Made by a program: the position numbers and the translations under genes. The notes under the pieces were generated by a model that had not been told where the DNA came from, did no database searches, and saw only the letters and a list, made by a program, of their open reading frames with translations. From positions 178,250,001 through 178,314,000 of the forward strand of contig NC_091474.1 of the NCBI RefSeq assembly GCF_036971445.1: DNA of 64,000 nucleotides, read 5' to 3'. Shown here piece by piece: positions 52,516 to 64,000 of the stretch. Positions within the stretch are counted from its first letter, which is position 1, and every line of letters starts with the position of its first letter. The DNA comes from Narcine bancroftii. Its lineage: Eukaryota.

Positions 52516-55500
52516 CTGTGCAATCCAATAATTCCAGTTAATGTATGTGTATATTGCCATAAAAAGTAATAAAACATTAACAATGAAATTGGCACATTTT
52601 AATGCAATTACACAAATTATCAGGAGAAACCAATGACCACCGTCAGAATTATTTTCTCTTTGCTCCGTTCATTGCACCATGAAGACTACTTTTGAAAACT
52701 GGTCTCAAAAATTGGGACAATATTTTTATGTTTCAATGCTCTTCCAGATTAGTTCATTAATGAATGGGGAAGTAGTTCTGGATAGGGGAAATGCTTGCAA
52801 TTGAATACAAAAGTTAAGATTGGGAATCTGAATGTAGGTAGTGTAGGAGTACTCACTATGCTTTGCATATATCTAGAAAACTATCATATGCTTACATGGC
52901 TCCAAGTTAAGCACTTGAGGAATCTGCAACCACCAGCCAGCTTTGTATATGTTCAATACGTGGGCAAATTCTTTCTTGCATCCAGATGACTAATTCCCGA
53001 GACATAAGCAAAGTGTAGGAGCAGCCACATTGAAGGGTTCCAAAATGCAAACAAGGATACTGTTATTTTACCACATAAAGTGAACTATAGTTTCTTCATG
53101 GTGCTTGTTTAAACCGAGGCAACATTTTGGGTTGAGACCCTTGCTTCTGATACAGATGCTCAACCTGAAGCATCAACTTCCTCGGTCTCCACTGATGCTG
53201 CGAGTCCCACTGGGTTAATCCATACATTGGTTTTTGACTCCTACTGACAGGTCCATCATTCATAAATTAGAATGTCCAATTAGTTGCCAACAGTGCCAGA
53301 CTGATTCAGGGATTTGATGCTTGCATCCATTAGTGTGGTCATCTGGTTTGCAACTTGCACTCCATTAAGTTTCAAGGAAAGAGGAGATGCTACTTGTGGC
53401 TCACTGGGTTGAATCATCAGGATTCAGTCCACTTCTAGGACCTGCTGTCCACGGTGCCTTGCCTTCTTCAAATGCAGAGGGCTGACTGAACAAACACCAT
53501 ACAACAGAGAAGCCTCCCAAGAGCATGCCTGCAGAGCATCATGAGCACAGGGCCTGGAGATAAACAACTTGCAAATTTCTTTTTGCATTTCTGATAATGA
53601 GGTTATCCCTATTAGAGTGGGGTCACAATTTGTTAATAAGTCATCCCAGGTGCAGTCTGACCATCTTTTTCCATTGTGTCACTGCTCTCTTGCTACTCAG
53701 TGATGAGTCCACCAATGCAGTGAAACTTGCCAGCTCCTGACCTCAAGTTCAACTCAGCCTTGCAAAAAGCATGTGTGGCAAGCTGAAGATGTTAAAACTC
53801 AAATACCTGAGAGCCAAGTGTTCAAAAGGGGAAACATGAACTGTCATTCAGCAAAATCAGGCCATTTTATGAAATTAAGTAGAGGGCCTACATTCGTCAC
53901 ACATGTTCAAAGCTGCTTCTTTGCACAGCATGTTAAAACAAAGTTAATAAAATACCGTCTTACCTAAAATAGACACTTAACAAAGAAATACAAAATAAAA
54001 ACAAATGTTTTTTTTTATGGATGGTACAATCATGTTTCATATTTTACTGTTGGAAAGCAGAATCCACTACATAGTGAAAAAAGGACCAAATATTGATAAA
54101 TTCATCATAAGAGATGAATTACTTTAAAAAAAATGAATGGTATATTCTGTTTTCAAAAAGCCACCAAAGAGCTTCTCAAATAAGTTATTTTGAAGTCTCT
54201 TCTCTGTTGCAATGGAGAGAAACACAGTCAATCTGCATTCAGCAAGATACCACAAAAAGCAATGAGTTATGTGACCATTTATTTTGTTTTTTTAATTTGT
54301 TAGTTTTTACATTTAAATGTTTAAAATTTTAGACATACAGCATGGTAACATGCCCTCTCGATCCACAAGCCTGTGTTATTATGTGTGTCTAATAAAGAAC
54401 TACATTCCACAGAAGGTAATGCACGCAGTCTGTGCTGGAACAAAAAGTAGACCACGACAGAAGTTGAGTGAGCTGTTGGTTCAAGCAGCTCAAAAATTAA
54501 AATTGTTTAAGAGTAAAAACCACACACATTTGTTCTTCTTCAAGGAAAATATAACATGGTGTCAGAAGTGTGTGAGTAAATAAGAAAATACAATAGTTCC
54601 TGTCACACCAATGCAGCTTACTAGCAATCTAACCGATAATTGGAAACAATTCAAACAGCAATTCAACATTTAGAGGCTGGTGGTGCAGGAGTGATTAATG
54701 AAAAACAGATAGCATCTATATTTCTACACGTGATGGGTGAAGATGCCTTGGACATCTATAATGGTTTTCATTTCACATTGGACACTCTGATGACAAATTT
54801 GAGGAGCATTTTTTCCCCAAGTTTCCCCTGTGACCAGAAACAAGGTATGAGCTTCAACTAGTACTTAGCCTTGCTTCACACCCTGAGTAAGTCCTGTGAA
54901 TTTGGAGATTTGAAAAATTCACTCATTAGAGACAGAATAGTTTGCAGAATCCCAGATAGTGGACTTAGAGAAGGACTGTTGCTTGAAATCGATTTGACAC
55001 TGGAAAATGTTGCGATTATGTGCAGGGCAGCAGAGACCACACAACCGCAAACTAAGGAGCTGCACAGGATAAACACAAAAGTGCATGCAATGAAAACAGA
55101 GAAGCAGAGCACCAGGAGTTTCCCAAAGCTAAAGCAAAGAGCAAATGCTCAGACAGCAAATGCAGCAGGTATGGGGGGTGGGGGGAAGGGGTAGGCATAT
55201 TCCAAAGATGTGTCCTGTCTATGGAAAGTCCTGCAATAAATGTGGAAAAGTGCAAGTGTGCAAAGTGCCGCAAAGCAGAGCTACCAAGGGAAAGGTGCAC
55301 GCAATGAATGAAGAAATGGAGGAATTTTCAGTTGATACATGACAGACAGCTGCTGGTAAAAAGCAATGAATTTATCCAGCGATTGTGAATGAGACAGTAT
55401 TCCATTTAAGATCAACACTGGATCTCAGATGAATCTGTTATCTATGGATGATTACAAGACCCTCACCGTAAAGAGCAAGATTTATCCAGTGAAGTTCAAA

Positions 55501-55754
55501 GTGACGGGCCATACAGGAGAAAATGTTCCAGTAAAAGGGGGTTGTATGGTGATCTTCATACACAAAGGGCAGCACCTAAAGTCACAGCTACTAATTGTAG
55601 AAAAAAATAGTTCAGCCAATATTAGGTCTGAGTGCATGTGAAGAGTTCAAGCTGGTGAAGAGTTTTTCATTGTGGCTTCACGGACCGAAGATGAGCACAC
55701 AATGCTCAAGAAAGAATATACAGATGTCTTTGAGGGGTTTGGATGTTTATCTGG

Positions 55755-57360
55755 TGTACAAAAACAAAGGCGAGAAATCAGACTGCTCAAACTGCAGGGG
55801 AATCACGCTGCTCTCCATTGCAGGCAAAATCTTCGCTAGGATTCTCCTAAATAGAATAATACCTAGTGTCGCCGAGAATATTCTCCCAGAATCACAGTGC
55901 GGCTTTCGCGCAAACAGAGGAACTACTGATATGGTCTTTGCCCTCAGACAGCTCCAAGAAAAGTGCAGAGAACAAAACAAAGGACTCTACATCACCTTTG
56001 TTGACCTCACCAAAGCCTTCGACACCGTGAGCAGGAAAGGGCTTTGGCAAATACTAGAGCGCATCGGATGCCCCCAAAGTTCCTCAACATGGTTATCCAA
56101 CTGCACGAAAACCAACAAGGTCGGGTCAGATACAGCAATGAGCTCTCTGAACCCTTCTCCATTAACAATGGCGTGAAGCAAGGCTGCGTTCTCGCACCAA
56201 CCCTCTTTTCAATCTTCTTCAGCATGATGCTGAACCAAGCCATGAAAGACCTCAACAATGAAGACGCTGTTTACATCCGGTACCGCACGGATGGCAGTCT
56301 CTTCAATCTGAGGCGCCTGCAAGCTCACACCAAGACACAAGAGCAACTTGTCCGTGAACTACTCTTTGTAGACGATGCCGCTTTAGTTGCCCATTCAGAG
56401 TCAGCTCTTCAGCGCTTGACGTCCTGTTTTGCGGAAACTGCCAAAATGTTTGGCCTGGAAGTCAGCCTGAAGAAAACTGAGGTCCTCCATCAGCCAGCTC
56501 CCCACCATGACTACCAGCCCCTCCACATCTCCATTGGGCACACAAAACTCAAAACGGTCAACCAGTTTACCTATCTCGGCTGCACCATTTCATCAGCTGC
56601 AAGGATCGACAATGAGATAGACAACAGACTCGCCAAGGCAAATAGCGCCTTTGGAAGACTACACAAAAGAGTCTGGAAAAACAACCAACTGAAAAACCTC
56701 ACAAAGATAAGCGTATACAGAGCCGTTGTCATACCCACACTCCTGTTCGGCTCCGAATCATGGGTCCTCTACCGGCATCACCTACGGCTCCTAGAACGCT
56801 TCCACCAGCGCTGTCTTCGCTCCATCCTCAACATTCATTGGACCGACTTCATCCTTAACATCGAAGTACTCAAGATGGCAGAGGCCAACAGCATCGAGTC
56901 CACGCTGCTGAAGATCCAGCTGCGCTGGGTGGGTCACGTCTCCAGAATGGAGGACCATCGCCTTCCCAAGATCGTGTTATATGGCGAGCTCTCCACTGGC
57001 CACCGTGACAGAGGTGCACCAAAGAAGAGGTACAAGAACTGCCTAAAGAAATCTCTTGGTGCCTGCCACATTGACCACCGCCAGTGGGCTGATATCGCCT
57101 CAAACCGTACATCTTGGCGCCTCACAGTTCGGCGGGCAGCAACCTCCTTTGAAGAAGACCACAGAGCCCACCTCACTGACAAAAGACAAAGGAGGAAAAA
57201 CCCAACACCCAACCCCAACCAACCAATTTTCCCCTGCAACCGTGTCTGCCTGTCCCGCATTGGACTTGTCAGCCACAAACGAGCCTGCAGCTGATGTGGA
57301 CATTTACCCCCTCCATAAATCTTCGTCCGCGAAGCCAAGCCAAAGAAAGAAAGAAGAAGA
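55755..57360 (+). mobile_element. RTE-clade LINE copy 3 (complete RT domain, 5'-truncated), nested in Gypsy pol
   Basis: YKNKGEKSDCSNCRGITLL...FVDLTKAFD...KQGCVLAP...LFVDD; 1-bp frameshift in a C-run at about 56070; (GAA)n tail. Confidence 0.95.
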
Positions 57361-57847
57361 AACAAGATCCACATAGATCAGACAGTGGCTCCTGTCATTC
57401 ATGCATGCAGGAAAGTTCTGTTTCCACATAGACACAAACTTAAACAAGAACTAGCGTGCATGGAACAGATGAAAGTCATACAAAAAATTTAAGAACCTAC
57501 AGATTGTTCAGCTCACTGGTCATTGTGCAAAAGAAAAATGGAGCACTGTGTTTTTGTCTAGACCCAAGAGATCTTAATAAAGCCATCAAGAGAGAGCATT
57601 TTAAATTGCCGACATGGGAGGAAATCATGACCCAGTTTGCAGTGCCAAGTTTAGCAAGCTCAACTCGTCATTTTTGGCAGATGAAGCTCGATGAGACTCA
57701 CTTTCAATACTCCACAAGGAAGATACCATTTTCTCTGGCTATTATATGGGGTCTTGTCTGTACCAGGTCTACCATAAATCTATCCACATGATTTTTAAAA
57801 GTATACCTGGATTTGAGACCATGATAGATGACATCATTGTATGGGGG

Positions 57848-58536
57848 TGTAATGAGTGAGAAAATAGATTTGATGGGTCCCAAAAGCAAGGATTCTGAGT
57901 GCAATGTTGTAGTAAATGATTTTATTTACAAAAGATAAACATAGGAAATGGCAATGGGGATAGCACACACACGTGCAGGAAAATCACACCGGCAATGAAA
58001 GGCATGTGCACAATCTACAGATGAATGTGGGGGAAAAAACTGCAGCAAGGATGAAATACACGCACACACAATTAACTGGGTACATATAATAATCAAAGAA
58101 AAACTAATACGATACCCACCACCCCTTGGCTCAGTGCAGGTGTGGCTTTATGCTACAAGGGACACTAATTAAACACTCCCAACCTATAAGAATCCACACA
58201 TTACTAACAACTTCTCCAGCACTGTTCCACAGTTCTAGACCTGGAGTGAACCAGGATTGTCCCAAGGTGGAAAAGAGAAATAACCAAGCACCTGTGGTGC
58301 ACTTTATAGCACTGGAAGGGTGGGGGATGCATCCCAGATAGTCAATAGCTCGGTGCTAACAAGGATATTCTAATTACAATAGCCAATGGCCTAAGGCCAA
58401 GTACAATGGAATTTAAATTTTACAAGATGTGCACTAATGGGTGGGGTGGGGACAAACCTTGATTGGCAGATGGTGTGTCTTCTGACAAGGTGGTGAGCAA
58501 TGCTGTTAAGTGAAAGCCACGACATTTCACAATACA
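57848..58536 (-). mobile_element. Long solo LTR (689 bp) nested in Gypsy RT
   Basis: TGTA...TACA ends, TSD GGGGG/GGTGG; splits DDIIVWG|SIKNEHD; AATAAA and TATA-like motifs on - strand. Confidence 0.8.
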
Positions 58537-61019
58537 GGTGGTCCATCAAGAATGAACACGATACACAATTATGGCAAGTGCTTGACATGACACAGAATGT
58601 TAATTTGAGATTAAATAAAGAGAAATGTGAGTTTGGCATAAAGACACTGACCTTTATAGGAGATTCATATCTGAACAGGGAGTGAAGCCTGATCCAAGAA
58701 AGACATCAGTCATTGAGAATTTTGTGAGGCCCCAAAACAAAGAGGAGGGGAGATGTTTCTTGGGGATGATGACTTAACTGGTTGAGTTAATCCCTTGCCT
58801 GTCAACTGTGTCAGCACCACTTAGGTCACTCCTTTAGCAGAAAAATGAGTGGATCTGGTCACTTAAACAAGAAAAGTGCTTTCAGGCATTCAAAAAAGTC
58901 TTAAGAGAAGAGCTTGTACTAAAATTTTTTGATCCAGATAGGTGCACCAGGATCTCAGCTGATGCATCCCGACATTGTCTTGGAACAGTACTACTGCAGC
59001 AGCGTGAAGACAAATGCAACCTGTGGCCTGTGCATCAAGGGATTTAAGAAGTGTAGAAGCCAACTATGTAAAAATAGAGACAGAGCTTCTTGCCAGCACT
59101 TATGCATGCAAAAAGTTCCATCAATACATTTATGGACAAGCTCTTGAAGGGGACACAAATAAACCAGTGGTATCAACTATGTCCAAACCACTGAATGACT
59201 GTCCCTTGAAAGTACAATGCATGCTGATAAGGCTGCAGAAATATGATGTGAAAACTATCTACATGCTAGGAAAACATTGGTTTGCAGCTGATGCACTGTC
59301 TTGAGCAGTTGACAAGAAAGAAAAGGGTAATCAAGAGGATAATGTGTAGATTATCACTTCATTTCCAGTATCCTGGGATAGAACAGAGCAGATCAGGGAA
59401 ACAACAGAGACAGATGAAACAATGAAATGAAATAACTCAAAGAATGACTGTCCAATGGGTATTTGGAATTATTGGACATGCAGAGATGAACTGTTGGTCT
59501 TCAAGAGGGAACAGGTTTGTGATTCCAGTGTTGCCATACAAGAAAATGCTCCAGAAGATACATGAAGGACATAGTGGTGCAAAAATGCAAAAGTAGAGAT
59601 CGAGAAGTATTGTACTAGCCAAGAATGAACCCAGACCATTGCTTCATGCAAAATATGCCTTACCTATAGACCAAAGCAGCAAACAGAACTGCTTACACCA
59701 CACCCTGTACCAGACAGACTGTATTTTAAAATTGGAGTAGATTTGTTTGACTGTAATTAGAAGAAATATAGTAGTAATAGCCTAATTTTCCAATTACCCA
59801 GAGGTAACAACACCGCAGTCAATGTGCAGAAAGCGATTATTGTTTTCATGAAAAATGTGTTTGCAAGACATGGAGTTTGCTATGAAATATTATCAAACAG
59901 TGGTCCACAATTTTCGAGCAGTGAATTTGAGTTCTTTGCCAATACTTGGGGGTTTTGGCATACAACTTCAAGCCCACATTTAATAGCATAGCAGAGTTGG
60001 GTCAAGGTGGTGTGATTGGCTGGTGTTTCAATGTAAAGTGACCCTCTAATAAGAGGGTCACTACAGAACGGCCTTTCTCCTGTCCAAATGCTGATGGGTC
60101 GACACATACAGTATGTACCAACCTTCCAATGCGTGAAAATCTGTTGACACCTAAAGGAGCACACAAGGTCAAACAGGCTAAAATGGAAGAGAAAGTAAAA
60201 CAAACAGTTTCATGATAAGACTGCAAAATGCCTACCAGTTCTGTAGCCTGGAGTTCAAGTGGGAATCCAAGATCACAATTCTGGCACATGGTCCACGCAA
60301 GGATATGTGCAAGAGGAAATAGATCCACATTCCTACCAGATCCAGACAGAAGGAGGACACATCTGAGAAGGAACCACGTGGATCTTCAATTTCAAACTCC
60401 AAACCATGATCATGACCCATCACCTGAAAGGGAACAGCACATGTAGAAAAGGAACATGCTGTTCGTGGTTCACAGAAAGACACAAGGACTAACGCAGCAA
60501 ATGCAAGCAATACACCAGTGGAAACACATACCAGACCAAAACGGACTGTTAAACCATCTGAGAGACTGATTGAAAGCTGCGGAGTGGAAAGAGACTGGCC
60601 ATGGAATGTAGATACCCTTGTTATATAGACATAATATTGTGTTTTTCTTTTAAAAAAAGGGGGAAAGATTGTTATTATGTTGGGTTGGGCATGGGGGGAA
60701 AATAAATTAGAAGTGAAACTAAAAGCTATTGAATTTTGGCTTGTTTTGAAAAGAAATCTTGAAACAGTTCACAAACTTAAATGAAATTCAACCTTTTCTT
60801 GCATCCAAGAGCCTGTCCAAAATTATTTTAAATGTTCCTATTGTACCAGCTGCTACCATCAGCAAATAAATTATTCTCTTTCTGTGCAACAAATATTTAT
60901 TATTGTGCATTATTAATCATCTAATTAAGACCTTTTGATCACTGACTTAAATTTTCTAGCTTTGCTTCTCAATAAACTTGTGCATGATACATTAACTTTT
61001 GGAATTTCTTGATGTTACA

Positions 61020-61470
61020 AAGTTCACCAGGATGTGGCCTTGATCGGAAAACAAGTCTTATGAGGCAAGGTTAACGCAACTAGGGCTTTTCTCTTTGGAG
61101 CAAAGAAGAATAAGAGAAGACTTAATAGAGGTCTATAAGATTATAAGGCATAGATAGGATGGACAGCCAACAGCTTTTTCCCAGGGTGACAGAAGCAAAT
61201 ACCAGAGGACATCTGTATAAGGTGAGGGGAGCAAAGTTTATGGGAAATGTCAGGGTAAGTTTTATTTTGTGCACAGAGAGTAGTGGGTGCCTGGAATGGT
61301 GATGGTAGAGGCTGGTACAATATGAACATTTAAAAGACTCTTGGACACCTACATGGATGGAAGAAAAATAGAGGTGGATATTAGGTAGGAAAGGAGTTTG
61401 TTGAATAGGTTTATAAACGTTGGCACAACATCTTGGGCTGAAAAGCCTGTACTGTGCTATAATGTTCTAC
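61020..61470 (+). mobile_element. CR1 3' fragment
   Basis: SYEARL..LGLFSLEQRRIREDLIEVYKII. Confidence 0.8.
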
Positions 61471-61726
61471 TTTATTAAAAAAAACAATATACTACATGGA
61501 GTGCTGTCATAAAACATAAACTACCCCCATACTTTTAAAATATAATAAGGTGATCAGAAATTATGTTTTGTTAACAAGTCTTCACAACTGCCTACTGGCT
61601 ATTGGGAGTAGATGGCTGTCAATTGAGACGCTCTAGCCATTAGCCTGTGATACCTTTGAATGTCAATAAGAGCGGTTAAGCCAAACACACAAAATGAGAT
61701 ACTGTGAAGTGTGTGTAATATCTTAC

Positions 61727-61893
61727 CGTCCATGATAGGGTGAAGGGAATACCTCAGTGCATACCTCCCAGTCTGAAGTGGAACCAAAGCGTTGCTGCAT
61801 GGCTCCCGTTTCACCCCGACTTTCCACCGACATCAAACTGTCTCCTGCCTCCAGAAATCTCCTGGACTGCATAGCCGTCAATTCACCCGTCAT
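61727..61893 (-). CDS. FAM229B: FAM229-family protein, first coding exon
   Basis: aacaatATG (A at -3); MTGELTAMQSRRFLEAGDS...FPSPYHG + CG|gtaaga donor, phase 2, which completes CGG with the next exon; RRF..EAGD family motif; acceptor candidates at about 61904-61918. Confidence 0.85.
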
Positions 61894-61964
61894 ATTGTTG
61901 GCTTCTGAGCTGCAGCTAGGTTGGTGGGTGGTTGAAGTAGAACAGAACATTTCAATAAAGAATA

Positions 61965-62450
61965 ATAAAGAAACACAAAAGCTGCAGATGCTGGAATCTT
62001 GAGCAGAAACAGATATGCCGGAGGATCTCAGCGGGTCGGGTAGCATTTATGGGTAGAAATGGTCAGTCAACATTTCAGGTCTGAATCCTTTATTAAGACT
62101 AAGAATGAGGTGAAATTACATTTATAAAGGGGGGAATAATCTGGGAGAGAGGCTGAAGCATAGGATAGAAGATGTTAGAGGTGGAGAGATAGGGAGAGGG
62201 AGAAACCATTAGGAGGGGTGAGAGAGAGAGCGAGAAGTAAGTACAGGAGTAGTTAACGAGATGGAGAGATGGTAAGCCACAGTGAAATCAGATGGGGGAA
62301 GTTTACAAATTAGAAAACTCAACATTTGTACCATTGGGTTTAAGGCTGTCCATGAGGAAAATGATGTGTTGTTCCTCAAATTTACATTTGGCCTAAACTT
62401 GACAATGGAAGAGGCCAAGGACGAACTGTAGCAATGGTTGGGGAAAATTA
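61965..62450 (-). mobile_element. Penelope-like 3' end fragment
   Basis: Degenerate KFEEQHIIF..DSLKPNGTNVEFSN (GIY-YIG C-terminus) plus ctgcagatgctgg tail motif. Confidence 0.6.
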
Positions 62451-63799
62451 AAATGGTTGGCTGCAGGATGCTCAAGCTTAGACCCACACAGTGTAGGTAA
62501 GGCAGAGGTTTACCTGCACTTCATCAAACCTAATCTACTGCATTCAATGTACTACACTGGAGAGACCAAACGCTTGGCCAAACACATCTTGCTTCAAGTT
62601 CCTCCAGCAATTATTTGTCTGCTCGACAGAAAAGAATTCTGTCTCAACACATCTCTGCCCAAAGCCTGAAAATTGCCTATTTTAATATAAACAAGAACTA
62701 AAATATTTGATTTTGAAATGAACAAAATGAACAGTTTCTTGAAAGAAACAGGTTGTCTGAATTTCTCGTTGTGAATAGAATCTCATTAATTCACCATTTT
62801 GATGTTAACTATTCTAATGTTTATAAAACATTTGTGTTCAGTCTTGTACACATTTATCCCTCACCTGCCTTGCCTGTAATGTATTCTATTATTCCATCAA
62901 ATACACCCACAGCAGATAGCTCAACATGGTTATTTCTGCTAAGGAAATGGATTTCCTGAGAAGCCAAATTGATGTAGGCTGGAGATGCAAGACACAAAAG
63001 TGCTGAATGTACTCAGCAAGTCACTCCGCATCCATGGAAGGCAATGGGCACTTAATGCTTTGAGCTGGAACACTTCTTCAGGCATGCCAAATAGTAGGCA
63101 AATGCCACAAGAAGGGGGCAGGGGTATAGGGGGAGAAGCACAGCCTAGCAGGTGATGTGGACACAGGTGGGAGGGGAAGAGAAAGAACTTAAAGGGGACT
63201 GGATATGCTGGAACCTGAAACCACACAATCTGATGGAGGAACTCAGTGGATCAAGCAGCAATAGTAGGAGAAAAAGAATAATGGACATTTCGGAATGAAG
63301 AGTCTAGGTTTGAAACCTTGTTCATTTTATTTTTAATCCCACTGGTCCTACTTGACCCACTGAGCTTGACTGAAGTAGCCTGGGTTTATACTTAACGAGG
63401 TCCCAGCTCTTGAAATGAACAGCCAGTCCCAACCGTAAAACAATACTGCAAAGAGAAGGGGTAAAGCTTCCATGGAGATCCTTGCAAATGGGTCGTCCTC
63501 ATATTTTAAAAAAAGAACCAACATCAAGCGGAAATAAGCGCAGGCATTTAATAGCAGTTCCCAAAAGGAACCTCCAAGGGCACTGTATGACTCGCTTCAA
63601 GTCTTGCTTCTGCTTTCTGACAATCTTGCTGATTTTAATTACATCATTAGCGCCTCTCTTTCAAGGTCGAACGTTATAATAAAGAATCCATCAGTGAATA
63701 ACAGGAATAAAACGGACTGTCAATCTTGTTGAGACCCCACAGGGTTTTAAAAACGCCTCTTAACACATTTACAATGACAACTTTGTCCTGTTCCTACAT

Positions 63800-64000
63800 C
63801 CTGCTCAGATCGCAACGATGCGGGTGCTTAATATTTTGGGTCGGCCGGTAAGAGCTGCGTTACCATAAGAAGATCTCCCATCAATGATAATGAACAGCCA
63901 CACCGTTGCTTCTAGTCACCGTAGTCAGCCTTTGGCTTGAGATCTTCCCCGTTTTACTCCCGGGAGCGCGGCCGTGACGCCAAGTGTCACAAAGACGCTC
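63800..64000. promoter_or_regulatory. Edge of CpG-rich region, candidate promoter (FAM229B, possibly bidirectional with TUBE1)
   Basis: Sharp rise in CpG (tcggccgg, ccgggagcgcggccgtgacg); CRE-like TGACGCCA at 63975-63982; about 2 kb upstream of the FAM229 ATG. Confidence 0.5.

Larger units (their letters stand above)
54374..60680 (+). mobile_element. Decayed Gypsy LTR retrotransposon (Mag-like) in the FAM229 intron, with nested insertions
   Basis: 5' LTR 54374-54556 (TGTTAT...ATAACA), PBS TGGTGTCAGAAGTG; gag CEFGDLKNSLIRDRIV, RT CLDPRDLN/DDIIVWG, RNase H and integrase remnants; PPT AAAAAAAGGGGGAAAGA; 3' LTR reduced to 11 bp (60670-60680). Confidence 0.9.

Noticed and set aside
55655-56176. 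Apparent Gypsy-RTE fusion ORF (173 aa)
   Set aside because: Chance read-through across an insertion junction; the upstream part is out-of-frame decayed Gypsy
56934-57376. Antisense and alternative-frame ORFs overlapping the RTE 3' end, recurring at 2534-2969 and 33473-33887
   Set aside because: They recur only because the copies are near-identical and GC-rich; starts differ and lie partly in flanking DNA
63818-63853. Short + strand ATG...CCG|gtaag as TUBE1 exon 1
   Set aside because: The peptide MRVLNILGRP does not resemble the epsilon-tubulin N-terminus

Overview
Vertebrate genomic DNA. It is AT-rich, and the repeat landscape (CR1, Penelope, Rex/L2, tRNA-SINEs, RTE) suggests a cartilaginous fish, probably a ray; this is inference. 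The + strand carries the last 18 coding exons of laminin alpha-4 (LAMA4; LG1 end to LG5, about 883 aa, stop at 46335-46337). All 18 were reconstructed by hand with GT-AG boundaries and consistent phases. Convergent with it on the - strand is a small two-coding-exon FAM229-family gene (86 aa; 61893-61727 + 52515-52422) whose conserved second exon the ORF track misses. A CpG-rich stretch at the window end fits the start of the FAM229B/TUBE1 promoter expected from human synteny. Introns hold many mobile elements: three very young RTE LINE copies, two decayed Gypsy proviruses with tRNA-Leu PBS (one carries nested insertions), a one-ended Gypsy fragment, six solo LTRs with TSDs, and a tandemly amplified hAT-MITE. 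I found no evidence of a wholly new system. The best leads are the FAM229 micro-gene, the active RTE family and the unusual TE structures.
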